A stretch of DNA of 64,000 bases from an uncultured Acidiphilium sp. (GCA_902495325.1 CABUWK010000003.1:23645-87644); one strand, 5' to 3'; positions 53,524 to 63,190 are shown, counted from the first letter of the stretch. Notes: generated by a model from the letters alone, not told the origin. Numbers and translations are program-made.

Positions 53524-55194
53524 TTATTTCTGCGGCTTATATCCGTCCTTTAAAGAGACGATTTCCGACAGTACGAGCTTTCCGTTTTCCGTTTTCTTTC
53601 TGTAATACCCCTTTCTCATCAGCTGGAAGCTCTTTCCCTCTTCCGCTTCACCGAGATAGGCTTCGCATTTTCCGTGATACACGTGCACGCTGTCGTAATT
53701 CATGCGTTCGGAGAAATCCTGCCCGGGATATTCGGCGTCTTTCAGCAGATAGTCGTACTTGCGGATCTCCGCGTCCGCGCAGTCTTCCGCGTTCACCCAG
53801 TGGATCACGCCCTTTACTTTGATGCCGCTCGTATCGTTGCCGCTTCTCGATTCGGGAACATAGGAGCAAAGCAGTTTTTTCACGCTGCCGTCTTCGCCGA
53901 GGACAACGTCTTCGCACTTGATGATATACGCATTTTTCAGGCGCACGTACCCGTCCTTTTTCAGCCGGAAATATTTCGGCGGGGGGCAGAGGGAGAAATC
54001 TTCCGCGTCGATGTAGATATGTTTCGAAATCGTGATCTTTCTCGTGCCCTTTGCGGGGTCGCCCGGGTTGATCTCGAAATCTTCCGTTTCCGTTCCATCG
54101 GGGAAATTGACGATCTCGACTTCGATCGGCTCGAACACCGCCATCGCACGCTCCGCATGCTCGTTCAGATAATCGCGGATGAAGTGTTCGAAATAAGAAA
54201 CCTCGATCTCCGAGTTCGCTTTCGCAACGCCGATCGCCTCGCAGAAGTTTTTCAATGCTTCCGCCGGAACGCCGCGGGCACGAAGCCCCGTAAGCGTGGG
54301 CATTCTCGGATCGTCCCACCCGGTAACGGCGCCGTCTTCCACCAGTTTTTTCAGATAACGTTTGCTCATCACCGTATTCGTGATGGCAAGCCTTGCGAAT
54401 TCGATCTGACGGGGTTTGTGTTCCACGCCCGTATTTTCCACCACCCAGTTGTACAGAGGGCGGTGATCTTCGAATTCGAGCGTACACAGAGAGAAGGTCA
54501 CCCCCTGCATGGAATCGCAGATGGGATGCGCGAAATCGTACATGGGATAAATGCACCACTTATCCCCCGTTCTGTGATGGCTCGCGCGGAGAACGCGGTA
54601 AATCACGGGATCGCGCAGATTGATATTGGGAGAAGCCATATCGATCTTCGCGCGAAGGACTTTCTCTCCGTCTTTGAACTTACCGTCGCGCATGGCGCGG
54701 AAAAGTTCGAGATTCTCTTCGACGGAACGGTTTCTCCACGGGCTTTCCGTGCCCGGCTCCGTCAGGGTACCGCGCGTTTTGCTGATCTCTTCCGCGGAAA
54801 GATCGCACACGAACGCTTTGCCCGCTTTGATGAGCTCTTCCGCCTTTTCGTAGATCACGTCGAAAAAGTCGGACGCATAGTGGATCTCGTACCAGTGAAA
54901 GCCGAGCCACTCGATATCCGCTTTGATCGCTTCCACGAACTCCGTCTTTTCTTTGGAAGGATTCGTGTCGTCGAAAAACAGGTTGCACTTTCCGTTGTAT
55001 TTTTTAGCCGTACCGAAATTCAGGCAAAGAGATTTCGCGTGCCCGATGTGCAGATAGCCGTTCGGTTCCGGGGGAAAACGGGTGTGAACTTCCGTCACTT
55101 TTCCCTCGGCAAGCTCTTCATTGATAATGTCTTCGATAAAGTTATTCGCTTCTTCCTTTTCCGTTTCCGCAGCTGTTATTTTTTCGGTTTCCAT
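53524..55194 (-). CDS. glnS: Glutaminyl-tRNA synthetase
   Basis: TRFPPEPNGYLHIGHAKS carries the HIGH motif and VMSKR the KMSKS motif. The length is 556 aa, and the C-terminal beta-barrel region is typical of GlnRS rather than GluRS. Confidence 0.93.
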   Translation of the reverse strand: METEKITAAETEKEEANNFIEDIINEELAEGKVTEVHTRFPPEPNGYLHIGHAKSLCLNFGTAKKYNGKCNLFFDDTNPSKEKTEFVEAIKADIEWLGFHWYEIHYASDFFDVIYEKAEELIKAGKAFVCDLSAEEISKTRGTLTEPGTESPWRNRSVEENLELFRAMRDGKFKDGEKVLRAKIDMASPNINLRDPVIYRVLRASHHRTGDKWCIYPMYDFAHPICDSMQGVTFSLCTLEFEDHRPLYNWVVENTGVEHKPRQIEFARLAITNTVMSKRYLKKLVEDGAVTGWDDPRMPTLTGLRARGVPAEALKNFCEAIGVAKANSEIEVSYFEHFIRDYLNEHAERAMAVFEPIEVEIVNFPDGTETEDFEINPGDPAKGTRKITISKHIYIDAEDFSLCPPPKYFRLKKDGYVRLKNAYIIKCEDVVLGEDGSVKKLLCSYVPESRSGNDTSGIKVKGVIHWVNAEDCADAEIRKYDYLLKDAEYPGQDFSERMNYDSVHVYHGKCEAYLGEAEEGKSFQLMRKGYYRKKTENGKLVLSEIVSLKDGYKPQK

Positions 55195-55229
55195 AATTTC
55201 TGCTCCGTCTCGAAAATTTTATTGATTCT

Positions 55230-55258
55230 ATTTTAGCATAAACGAAACAATTTATCAA
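55230..55258 (-). promoter_or_regulatory. Candidate glnS promoter
   Basis: The minus strand reads TTGATA (55253-55258), 17 nt, TAAAAT (55230-55235), with an extended -10 TG. Confidence 0.55.
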
Positions 55259-55287
55259 TTATTCTTAAGCGATTTTTATCCGTTTGC

Positions 55288-55316
55288 TTGACTTTATTTC
55301 CGAAAAAGCATAGAAT
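55288..55316 (+). promoter_or_regulatory. Candidate glyQS promoter
   Basis: TTGACT (55288-55293), 17 nt, TAGAAT (55311-55316). Confidence 0.55.
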
Positions 55317-55401
55317 AGTTTTAATCTTGCCGGCAGAGAAAGCGCGATCCGCTTTTCTCCGCCCGGCATCGACGCAAGAAACAAACGAGGTAAAAACGAT
55401 C

Positions 55402-56784
55402 ATGGAAGAAAACAGAGCCGTCACGATGGATAAACTCGTCAATCTCTGCAAAGCCCGCGGGATCATCTTCCCCGGCAGCGATATTTACGGCGGAATGGGC
55501 AACACCTGGGATTACGGTCCCGTAGGCGTGGAGATCAAAAACAACATCAAACGCGCCTGGTGGAAAAAATTCGTTCAGGAAAGCGACAACTCCTTCGGGG
55601 TGGACGCCGCCATTTTAATGAACAGCAGAGTGTGGGAAGCTTCCGGGCACACCACGAGTTTCTCCGACCCCAAGATGGACTGCAAGGAATGCAAGACCCG
55701 TCAGCGTGCGGATAATCTGATCGAAGCGCACTCCAAAGGCACGGTGGACGTGGACGCGATGACGCAGGAAGAAATGCAGGCTTATATCGACGAGCATCAG
55801 GTCAAGTGCCCGATCTGCGGCAAATTCAACTGGACGCCCATCCGCAACTTCAATCTGATGTTCGAAACGTCGAGAGGGGTAACGGAAGCCAACCAGAATA
55901 AAATTTATCTCCGTCCGGAAACGGCGCAGGGCGAATTCGTGAACTTCCAGAACGTTCAGAGATCCACCCGCGCGAAAGTTCCCTTCGGCATCGCTCAGAT
56001 CGGCAAAGCTTTCCGCAACGAGATCACGCCGGGCAACTTTATTTTCCGCACCATCGAATTCGAACAGATGGAGCATCAGTGGTTCTGCAAAGAAGGAACG
56101 GACCTCGAATATTACGAATACTATAAAAAAGCCGCCTGGGATTTCCTGATCTCCCTCGGCTTCGCGCCCGAACGGCTGCGCTACAAAGATCACGAAAAAC
56201 TTGCCCACTACGCAAAGTGCGCGTGCGATATTCAGTACCTTTTCCCCATGGGATGGTCGGAACTCAACGGCATTCACAACAGAACGAATTACGATCTTTC
56301 CCGCCATCAGGAATTTTCGGGCAAAAGCATGCTTTACGTCGACCCAGTCACCAACGAAAAATATATCCCGTACGACATCGAATATTCGATCGGCGCGGAC
56401 AGACTTATGCTCGCCGTTCTCTCCGAAGCTTATGACGAGGAAACGCTCGAAGGGGGCGATACGAGAGTCGTTATGCACTTCCATCCGGCGATCGCGGCAT
56501 ACAAAGTCGCCGTGCTTCCCCTGCAGAAAAAGGAAATGGGAGACAAGGCGAAAGAAGTTTACAAAACCCTTTCGAAACACTTCATGTGCACATACGACGA
56601 ATCGGGTTCGATCGGCAAGAGATACCGCCGTCAGGACGAGATCGGCACGCCCTACTGCGTGACCGTCGATTTCGACACGTTAAACGACGATACCGTTACC
56701 GTCCGCGACAGAGATTCCATGGAACAGATCCGTCTTCCCCTGAAAGATCTCGTTTCGTGGGTAGAAGAAAAAATCGCTTATTGA
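55402..56784 (+). CDS. glyQS: Glycyl-tRNA synthetase (alpha2 type)
   Basis: The start MEENRAVTMDKLVNLCKARGIIFPGSDIYGGMGNTWDYGPVG follows GAGGT. The class II motifs FRNEITPGNFIFRTIEFEQME and GADRL are present. Confidence 0.95.
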   Translation: MEENRAVTMDKLVNLCKARGIIFPGSDIYGGMGNTWDYGPVGVEIKNNIKRAWWKKFVQESDNSFGVDAAILMNSRVWEASGHTTSFSDPKMDCKECKTRQRADNLIEAHSKGTVDVDAMTQEEMQAYIDEHQVKCPICGKFNWTPIRNFNLMFETSRGVTEANQNKIYLRPETAQGEFVNFQNVQRSTRAKVPFGIAQIGKAFRNEITPGNFIFRTIEFEQMEHQWFCKEGTDLEYYEYYKKAAWDFLISLGFAPERLRYKDHEKLAHYAKCACDIQYLFPMGWSELNGIHNRTNYDLSRHQEFSGKSMLYVDPVTNEKYIPYDIEYSIGADRLMLAVLSEAYDEETLEGGDTRVVMHFHPAIAAYKVAVLPLQKKEMGDKAKEVYKTLSKHFMCTYDESGSIGKRYRRQDEIGTPYCVTVDFDTLNDDTVTVRDRDSMEQIRLPLKDLVSWVEEKIAY

Positions 56785-56821
56785 CGAACCTATTGCCACA
56801 CATTATAAAAAGATCAATCAG

Positions 56822-56866
56822 AAACGGCTTCCTTCCGGAATCGGAAGAAAGCCGTTTTTCTTTTTG
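56822..56866 (+). terminator. Intrinsic terminator after glyQS
   Basis: AAACGGCTTCCTTCCG-GAAT-CGGAAGAAAGCCGTTT followed by TTCTTTTTG. Confidence 0.8.
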
Positions 56867-56896
56867 TATGCGTTCCCGGAAAACAGGTTCCCGGGC

Positions 56897-57490
56897 TTAA
56901 ATGGGTTTTCTGTCGAGCAGTGCGCGGGAAATGGTCACCTCGTCGGCATACTCGATCTCGCTGCCGATGGGAATACCGTGCGCGAGACGGGTGACTTTGA
57001 TTCCGAGGGGTTTTAACAGCGAAGAAATGTACATCGCCGTCGCTTCTCCTTCCACGTCCGGATTGGTTGCCATGATCACCTCGTTCACGCCGCCTTCCGC
57101 CACGCGGGCAAGAAGTTCCTTGATGCGGATATCGTTCGGGGTCACTCCGTCCATCGGGCTGATCACCCCGTGCAACACGTGATAAACCCCTTTGAACTCG
57201 TGCGCTTTTTCCATGGCGATCACGTCTTTCGGTTCTTTCACCACGCAGATCACGGAATGATCGCGTTCACGGCAGATATCGCACACCTCGCCGTCGGTAA
57301 AATTGCCGCACACTTTGCAATAATGCACTTCTTTCTTTGCGCGAAGGATCGCTTCGGCAAACGCCGAAGCTTCTTCTTCCGTCATATTGATCACGCGGTA
57401 CGCATAGCGCTGCGCCGTTTTGCTGCCGACCCCCGGCAATTTCGTAAATTCGTTGATCAGTCTGCCGATCGGTTCGATAAATACTTTCAT
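56897..57490 (-). CDS. recR: Recombination protein RecR
   Basis: [14 protein letters not shown] (HhH), the C4 zinc finger [16 protein letters not shown] and a Toprim segment are present. Confidence 0.95.
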   Translation of the reverse strand: MKVFIEPIGRLINEFTKLPGVGSKTAQRYAYRVINMTEEEASAFAEAILRAKKEVHYCKVCGNFTDGEVCDICRERDHSVICVVKEPKDVIAMEKAHEFKGVYHVLHGVISPMDGVTPNDIRIKELLARVAEGGVNEVIMATNPDVEGEATAMYISSLLKPLGIKVTRLAHGIPIGSEIEYADEVTISRALLDRKPI

Positions 57491-57498
57491 GAATGACG

Positions 57499-57840
57499 TT
57501 ACAGCAAGCCGCCCGCTCCGCCGAACGCGCCCATCTTCTCCTCGTGCATTTTCTCGGCTTGATCGTACGCGCTGTTAAGGGCGGCAACGATCAGGTCTTC
57601 CAGCATTTCCACGTCGTCCGGATCGACCGCCGCGGGCGCGATGGTAAGGGATTTCACTACTTTTTTCCCGTTTACCACAACCTTCACGAGACCGCTTCCG
57701 CTTTCGCCGGTGATCTCCGCTTCTTCAAGCTCTTCCTGCGCTTTTGCCATCTGTTCCTGCATTTTCTGCGCCTGTTTCATGAGTTGCTGCATTTGCGCTC
57801 CGCCGCCGAAACCGCCGAAGCCTCCTCTGTATCCTGCCAT
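57499..57840 (-). CDS. ybaB: YbaB/EbfC-family nucleoid-associated protein
   Basis: 113 aa. [24 protein letters not shown] and [12 protein letters not shown] are present. The position between dnaX and recR is canonical. Confidence 0.9.
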   Translation of the reverse strand: MAGYRGGFGGFGGGAQMQQLMKQAQKMQEQMAKAQEELEEAEITGESGSGLVKVVVNGKKVVKSLTIAPAAVDPDDVEMLEDLIVAALNSAYDQAEKMHEEKMGAFGGAGGLL

Positions 57841-57909
57841 TTTAAAAAGTCTCCTTTTTTATCTGATTTCTCCGCGATTTCCGCGGGTTTGTTTCCGTAT
57901 TATCCGCCG

Positions 57910-59805
57910 TTACCGGATCGTAACGGGCGCGCCGAAATCGTGTTCCAGCGTTTTCGCGTCCGCCGCCGTACGGTCTTCCGCCGTGCCGCCGCCTTCTTTT
58001 ACGACTTCCACTTCGTAATCGCCGATCCCCTTAACCGTTTCGGAAAGAACGGCAAGGTTGCTTTCCTTCGTGATCGCCTGATAGCCGCTGTCGTCCTGAG
58101 CGACGATGCGGAGCGTTCTTCCGCTTAAACTCGCCTTCATTTCCTGACAGGCGACCCACAACATAATGTTGCCGCCCGCGCGGAGTTTGCGGATCACCGT
58201 ACCCCAGAGCCGGGATGCGCTCATGCCGCCCGCGGGCGGCTCGTTCGCCGCCGAAGGGGAAACCGGCGCTTTTTCGCGTTGATCTCCGACCGGCGCGGAT
58301 CCGGCAGATCTTACCGTCCCTGCGGATGCCGGAGCCGGAGAAGTTCCGGAAGCCGGGGCGGAAGAAACGAATCTTTCCGCCGCACGAGTCGGTTTCGGGG
58401 AATCCGCCGCCCTGCGCGAACGTCCCGGCTGCGCGCCTGAAGAAAATCCGCCGTCGTAAAATTCTTCCGGCGGAACACCGGGATCTTCCGGCGGAGGCGC
58501 AAAACCGGGGTCGTCTCCGTAATCTCCGGGATCGTTCGCCGTCTTTTTCGCGGTCGGTGCCCGTCGTTCTTCCGCCTTTTCCTTCATCAAAGTCACGCGT
58601 TCGGTATAAGGTTTGTTTTCCGCCTGCGGTTTTTCCGTTTTTACAACGAAATTTCCGCTGTTCAGCCTTTCTTCCAATGCGGAAATGCGGGAAAGAAGAG
58701 CGTCGATATTATAGTCCGCCGCAGGTTCGGCGGCTTTGATGCAGGCTGCTTCCAGCACCACCCTCGGCGTCTGCGAATAGCGGAGCGTCGCTTCCGCTTC
58801 GCTGAAAATCTCCACCGTCCGGAGCAGCCTGTGCTCGTCTACGGAATCGGCGAGTTGTTTCAGAGAAGAAAACACGTCATCCGGCAGTTCGAGAAGTTCT
58901 TTCGCCGTTTTGCACGTTTTGCAGACGATCAGTTCCCGAACCCTCGAAATCAGGTCGCGGCAAAGCACGCCGATACTCTTTCCCGAGTCGGCAAGGCTCT
59001 CCACGATCTCAAGCATTTCCCCCGTTTCGGACGCAAAAATATGAGCGAGCGTTTCGGTGATCTTCGAAGAATCGGTCGCGCCGAGGATCTCGAGCACGTC
59101 GCGGTAAGTCAGCTTGCCGTCCCGGTAAGAAACGCAGATATCGGCGATGGAAAGAGCGTCTCTCACACTGCCCGCCCCCGCTTTCGCAATCGCGACGAGG
59201 GCTTCTTCTTCGTATTCTTTGCCGATCTCCCGGTAAATTTTCCCGATCAGCGCGGCGATCTCCTTCGTGGGGATCAGATGGAAGTCGAACCGCATGCAAC
59301 GGGACAGAATGGTGGAAGGCAGTTTGTGCACTTCCGTGGTGGCAAGGATGAACACCGCATGCTTCGGCGGCTCCTCCAGCGTTTTCAGAAGGGCGTTGAA
59401 CGCTTCCGTCGTGAGCATGTGCACTTCGTCGATGATATAAACTTTGTACTTGCCGCTGACGGGCGGGTACTGAATTTTATCGCGGATCTCGCGCACGTTT
59501 TCCACTTTGTTGTTGGAAGCGGCGTCCATTTCGAGAATATCGAGATTGGAAGGATCCGCCAGCGCGCGGCAGACTTCGCACTTGCCGCAGGGCGAACCGT
59601 TCTCGGGGGAAAGACAGTTGATCGCGCGTGCGAAAATTTTCGCCGCGGAAGTTTTTCCCGTTCCTCTCGCCCCGCAGAAAAGGTATGCGTGACCGATCCT
59701 GCCCGTTTCGATCTGATTGGTCAGCGTGCGAACGACGTGGTCCTGACCGATCAGCCCGCGGAAACCGCTCGGGCGAAATCTTCTGTATAATGCCAGATAT
59801 GCCAT
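57910..59805 (-). CDS. dnaX: DNA polymerase III subunit gamma/tau
   Basis: MAYLALYRRFRPSGFRGLIGQDHVV, the Walker A motif GARGTGKTS, the zinc module CGKCEVC and the SRC motif are present. A long Pro/Ala-rich linker follows. The start at 59805 is preferred over the ORF-track start at 59844. Confidence 0.93.
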   Translation of the reverse strand: MAYLALYRRFRPSGFRGLIGQDHVVRTLTNQIETGRIGHAYLFCGARGTGKTSAAKIFARAINCLSPENGSPCGKCEVCRALADPSNLDILEMDAASNNKVENVREIRDKIQYPPVSGKYKVYIIDEVHMLTTEAFNALLKTLEEPPKHAVFILATTEVHKLPSTILSRCMRFDFHLIPTKEIAALIGKIYREIGKEYEEEALVAIAKAGAGSVRDALSIADICVSYRDGKLTYRDVLEILGATDSSKITETLAHIFASETGEMLEIVESLADSGKSIGVLCRDLISRVRELIVCKTCKTAKELLELPDDVFSSLKQLADSVDEHRLLRTVEIFSEAEATLRYSQTPRVVLEAACIKAAEPAADYNIDALLSRISALEERLNSGNFVVKTEKPQAENKPYTERVTLMKEKAEERRAPTAKKTANDPGDYGDDPGFAPPPEDPGVPPEEFYDGGFSSGAQPGRSRRAADSPKPTRAAERFVSSAPASGTSPAPASAGTVRSAGSAPVGDQREKAPVSPSAANEPPAGGMSASRLWGTVIRKLRAGGNIMLWVACQEMKASLSGRTLRIVAQDDSGYQAITKESNLAVLSETVKGIGDYEVEVVKEGGGTAEDRTAADAKTLEHDFGAPVTIR

Positions 59806-59851
59806 AATTTTCCTGATATCGCAGCTTACCGGTTTCCCCCGCAAGCAACTT

Positions 59852-60403
59852 TTACTGTAATTTTTTTCTGATCCTGAAAAGGGCGTTGTCCACCGCTTTT
59901 TCGCTCACGCCGAGTTTTTCGGCGATCTCCCGATAACAAAGCCCGGCGAGATACCCGCGAAGAACGCCGTATTCGAGAGAAGAAAGCGTCGCGGAAATTT
60001 TGCGGTCGAATTCCTCTTCGTCTTCTTTCCCGATCACCGTTTTCTCGGGGTCGATCTCCGAAACGAGTTTATCCCCTTCTTCGCTTAAATCGGACGATAC
60101 GTTAAGCGGATAATTTCCCGCCGAAAGAGAGCGTTTCACCGCCGTTTTCATTCCAGATTCGACGCAGAGATGCGCGAAGGTAGAAAACGCCGTGCCCGCT
60201 TCCGGGTTATAGGTGTTCACGGCTTTTAAAAGACCGAGCATTCCTTCCTGCATCAGATCGTCGCGGTCGCCCCCGACGAGAAAATAGGAAGACGAAAGCC
60301 CCCGGATCATCTGCCGGTAACGGTCGAACAGGGCGGGAAAAGCGTCGATATCCCCCTTTTTGTGCAGGTCGATCAATTCGCCGTCCGTCAGATCCTCAAA
60401 CAT
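59852..60403 (-). CDS. sigH: RNA polymerase sigma factor SigH-like (sigma-70 family, early sporulation type)
   Basis: YFLVGGDRDDLMQEGMLGLLKAVNTYNPEAGTAFSTFAHLCVESGM parallels Bacillus SigH region 2. The C-terminal HTH is REIAEKLGVSEKAVDNALFRIRKK. The position after mrnC-rlmB is syntenic with Bacillus. Confidence 0.82.
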   Translation of the reverse strand: MFEDLTDGELIDLHKKGDIDAFPALFDRYRQMIRGLSSSYFLVGGDRDDLMQEGMLGLLKAVNTYNPEAGTAFSTFAHLCVESGMKTAVKRSLSAGNYPLNVSSDLSEEGDKLVSEIDPEKTVIGKEDEEEFDRKISATLSSLEYGVLRGYLAGLCYREIAEKLGVSEKAVDNALFRIRKKLQ

Positions 60404-61121
60404 TTTTTCTCTGGCGCATCGCCTCGAACACGCCGACGCCCGTCGCGACGGAAGCGTTCAGAGAATTGACCTTTCCGTACATGGGAATGGAGATCATTCC
60501 GTCGCATTTTTCTCTCGTCAGTTTGTTCACGCCAGTATCCTCGCCGCCGACCACGAAACAGATCCTTCCTTTCAGATCCGTTTTATAGATCGACTGCCCG
60601 CCGAGCTCGAGCGCATACGTCCAGATATTCTGCTTTTTGATCTGCTCGATCGCGGAATTCAGATTCACCACACGGGCGATCTTCAGGTGATTCGCGCTGC
60701 CTTCCGAGATCCGCATAACGGCGTCCGTAACGCTCGCGCTCCTGTGCTTTCCGATCACCAGACCGTCAACCCCGGCGCACTCGCACACGCGGATAACGCT
60801 GCCGAGATTATGCGGATCTTCCACCCCGTCCAGAACGACGATAAACGCGTCCTCTTTCTCCTTGCACGCGTCTAAGATCGCGTCGAGTTCCTGATACCGA
60901 TAATCGGACACGTAGGCGATAAACCCCTGATGCCGTCTGCTTTCGCTCTCTTTGTCGAGCACGGATTTATCGCAGAACTGAATTTTAACGCCCGCCTGTT
61001 TGATGCGCGAAACGAGATCTCTCGCCTCGGCGTCTCTCATGCCGTTCATCACAACCACTTTATCGATCGTCTTTTTCGTTTTCAACAGTTCGCGTACCGC
61101 GTTTTTTCCTTCGATTTTCAT
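60396..61121 (-). CDS. rlmB: 23S rRNA 2'-O-methyltransferase (SpoU/TrmH family, RlmB/YacO-like)
   Basis: VVLDGVEDPHNLGSVIRVCECAG, FVVGGEDTGV and SLNASVATGVGVFE are SpoU motifs. It overlaps the mrnC stop (ATGA) and overlaps the sigH start by 8 nt. Confidence 0.85.
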   Translation of the reverse strand: MKIEGKNAVRELLKTKKTIDKVVVMNGMRDAEARDLVSRIKQAGVKIQFCDKSVLDKESESRRHQGFIAYVSDYRYQELDAILDACKEKEDAFIVVLDGVEDPHNLGSVIRVCECAGVDGLVIGKHRSASVTDAVMRISEGSANHLKIARVVNLNSAIEQIKKQNIWTYALELGGQSIYKTDLKGRICFVVGGEDTGVNKLTREKCDGMISIPMYGKVNSLNASVATGVGVFEAMRQRKNV

Positions 61122-61693
61122 ATTTCGTCTCCGTTGACCGCCGCGTTTTCTTCCGCCGCGGCGGGGTGTATTTCTTTCTTTTCTTCCGTCTTTCCTTCTG
61201 CGGCTTTCTCTTCCGGAATTTTATTCTCCGGGGCTTTGGTTTCCCCGGCTGCGCAAGCCGCCTGTTTTTCCTTCCGCACCTGCCCGGTTTCTTCCCGGGA
61301 AATGCGTTCCGCTAAAGCGAACAGTTCGCTCAGCCTGTCGTAATTTCCCGTAAGATACAGATAGCCGAAAACCGCTTCGAGCGCGGTGGAAAGGTTATAT
61401 TCCGCAACGGCTGCGTGTTTTGCCCGCGTGGGTTTCTTTGCGTTGCGCCCGCGGCGGAACACACTTTGCTCTTCTTCCGTGAGAGAAGGATAGATCCCTT
61501 TCGCGACGACCGCCTGCGCCCTTGCGCATACGACAGCGGAAGAAGCTTTGTTCAGATCGCCCGTTTTATAATCGCCTTCCGAAACAAGCTTTTCGCGCAC
61601 GTAAAGAGAATAGACGGCGTCTCCCACAAACGCGAGCACGACGCCGCCGAGCGAATCCGTCTTTTCTTTTCCGAGTTTTTCGTTGAATTTCAT
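61118..61693 (-). CDS. mrnC: Mini-ribonuclease III with a low-complexity C-terminal extension
   Basis: LAFVGDAVYSLYVREKL and ARAQA...RRGRN are Mini-III signatures. The last ~55 aa are Lys/Glu/Ala-rich. Confidence 0.85.
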   Translation of the reverse strand: MKFNEKLGKEKTDSLGGVVLAFVGDAVYSLYVREKLVSEGDYKTGDLNKASSAVVCARAQAVVAKGIYPSLTEEEQSVFRRGRNAKKPTRAKHAAVAEYNLSTALEAVFGYLYLTGNYDRLSELFALAERISREETGQVRKEKQAACAAGETKAPENKIPEEKAAEGKTEEKKEIHPAAAEENAAVNGDEI

Positions 61694-61727
61694 ATCCGCC
61701 TTCCGACACCGAAGCCTATATAATTAA

Positions 61728-61756
61728 AGTATATCATAAAACGGTTTTTTTTTCAA
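61728..61756 (-). promoter_or_regulatory. Promoter of the mrnC-rlmB-sigH unit
   Basis: The minus strand reads TTGAAA (61751-61756), 17 nt, TATACT (61728-61733), with an extended -10 TG (ATGATATACT). Confidence 0.55.
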
Positions 61757-61796
61757 CGGTTTTCGCCTGAAAAATCGATAAAAAAGGTGAACGGAG

Positions 61797-61834
61797 CGAA
61801 AAAGAAAAAGCGACGCCCCGTAAAGTGCGCCGCC
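61797..61834 (-). terminator. Intrinsic terminator after ylmC/ymxH
   Basis: The minus strand reads GGCGGCGCAC-TTTAC-GGGGCGTCGC (one mismatch) followed by TTTTTCTTTTTCG. Confidence 0.65.
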
Positions 61835-61859
61835 GAAGTTTTTCAGATCCCCGGTTCTC

Positions 61860-62150
61860 TCATTCCTCTTCGTTTTCTTCTCTTTCCGCCGCGGGACGAT
61901 TTTTGCAGCCGCATTCCCCCGGCGCGCCGACTTTCACAAGGATCGAATCGTCACCGATCCGATCGATACATCCGAACCCGATGATGAGTTCGCTTCCGCC
62001 GAAAAGCCCGCCTTTCTTTCCCGGTACGATGATCCCCGTCACCCGTCCGTCCGGACAGGAGATCACGAGATCGCAGATCTTCCCGAGGTTTTTCCCGTCG
62101 GACAGATTGATCACGCTTTTCTTTTTCAGATCCGAATAATTATATTCCAT
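61860..62150 (-). CDS. YlmC/YmxH-family PRC-barrel sporulation protein
   Basis: 96 aa. KKSVINLSDGKNLGKICDLVISCPDGRVTGIIVPG and FGCIDRIGDDSILV are typical of the family. Confidence 0.8.
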   Translation of the reverse strand: MEYNYSDLKKKSVINLSDGKNLGKICDLVISCPDGRVTGIIVPGKKGGLFGGSELIIGFGCIDRIGDDSILVKVGAPGECGCKNRPAAEREENEEE

Positions 62151-62170
62151 ATTTCCGCCTCGCTGTCATC

Positions 62171-62199
62171 ATTTTATGCGTTGCAAAAACAAAATATGC
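62171..62199 (-). promoter_or_regulatory. Sporulation-type (sigma-E-like) promoter upstream of ylmC/ymxH
   Basis: The minus strand reads GCATATT (62193-62199), 14 nt, CATAAAAT (62171-62178). The Bacillus sigma-E consensus is kmATATT-N14-CATACAhT. Confidence 0.4.
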
Positions 62200-62262
62200 C
62201 TTGCTATAAGCCGATTAAGCCTGCCATTCGTCATCATCGACCGTTTTTTCGGAAAATCTTTT

Positions 62263-63036
62263 TCAGTTCGTCATTCTGCTCTTCACGCTTTTCAGCGCGC
62301 TCTTCTCGAGCCTTGACACCTGCGCCTGCGACAACCCGATCTCCGCCGAAATTTCCGTCTGCGTTTTCCCTTCGTAATAGCGTTTATACAGAATGGAACG
62401 CTCCCGGTCGCCGAGCCCGCCGATCGCCGATTCCAGCGCGACGTTCTCCGTCCACTTTTCGGCGGTATTCCTTTCGTCGCCGATCTGATCCATCAGTTCG
62501 AGAGCGTCTCCCGACTTGTTATATACGGGATCGAACAGGGAAACGGGATCGGAAATGGCGTCGAGCGCGTAAACGACTTCTTTTCTGGCAAGGGAAACGC
62601 GCTCCGCGATCTCGTCGAGTGTGGCGGAATCGTTTTTCTCCGCTTCGATGTCCGTGCGCGCCTGCAGAATACGATACGCCGTATCGCGGACGCTTCGCGA
62701 TACCCGCAGGCTATTGTTTCCGCGGATCACGCGCTTGATCTCCCCCACGATCATCGGAACGGCATAAGTGGAAAACCTCACACCGACGGACAGATCGAAG
62801 TTATCGATCGACTTCATAAGCCCGATCATTCCCGCCTGAAACAGATCGTCGGAAGAAACTTTCGTCTGCGGAAAACGCCTGATCACTGACAGCACGAGCC
62901 GCACGTTCGCAAGCGCGAACGTCTCCCGCGCCCCCTCGTCGCCTTCTTTTATTCTTGCAAGCAGTTCTTCGCTTTCGCGGTACGTCAGTCTTTTTAAACT
63001 CGAAGTATCGACCCCGCAGATTTCAACTTTACTCAC
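62263..63036 (-). CDS. sigG: Sporulation sigma factor SigG
   Basis: VSKVEICGVDTSSLKRL..., NVRLVLSVIRRF, GMIGLMKSIDNFDLSVGVRFSTYAVPMIVGEIKR and LSQAQVSRLEK are nearly collinear with B. subtilis SigG. I chose the GTG start at 63036, 7 nt after GAGAGGAGAG. The ORF-track ATG at 63132 would add an atypical N-terminus. Confidence 0.92.
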   Translation of the reverse strand: MSKVEICGVDTSSLKRLTYRESEELLARIKEGDEGARETFALANVRLVLSVIRRFPQTKVSSDDLFQAGMIGLMKSIDNFDLSVGVRFSTYAVPMIVGEIKRVIRGNNSLRVSRSVRDTAYRILQARTDIEAEKNDSATLDEIAERVSLARKEVVYALDAISDPVSLFDPVYNKSGDALELMDQIGDERNTAEKWTENVALESAIGGLGDRERSILYKRYYEGKTQTEISAEIGLSQAQVSRLEKSALKSVKSRMTN

Positions 63037-63190
63037 GCGGTAACTCTCCTCTCTTACGGGGGTTGCCCGGAAGATATGTACCGCGTTTATTATCGTCCTT
63101 TTCCCGTTTTTTATTCCCCGCCGGAAAATCAAAAACGAAAAATAAGCTGTTTATCGGCTTATCGGCATGTTTTTAAAAAAGCAAAAGCCG

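Noticed and set aside
53524-55194. Presence of a GlnRS gene in a Firmicute as a possible anomaly
   Set aside because: Many Clostridia encode GlnRS, so this alone is not unusual. No sign of recent transfer is visible: the codon pattern matches the neighbours and there are no flanking mobile genes.
55195-55401. T-box leaders for glnS or glyQS in the divergent intergenic region
   Set aside because: The region is only 207 bp and is shared by two promoters. There is no GGTGGNACCGCG-type motif and no terminator/antiterminator hairpin.
57910-59805. Programmed ribosomal frameshift site in dnaX (A AAA AAG type, as in E. coli)
   Set aside because: I found no A-rich heptanucleotide slippery run on the coding strand within the gene. 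Firmicute dnaX genes are not known to use this mechanism.
63037-63190. Forespore (sigma-F/sigma-G type) promoter for sigG
   Set aside because: The candidates, such as GAATA-N17-CGATAATA and GGGAATAAAA, each miss key consensus positions (GYATA-N15-GGnnAnAHTR or GHATR-N17/18-CAHWHTA). A promoter is expected here, but I cannot place it from sequence alone.
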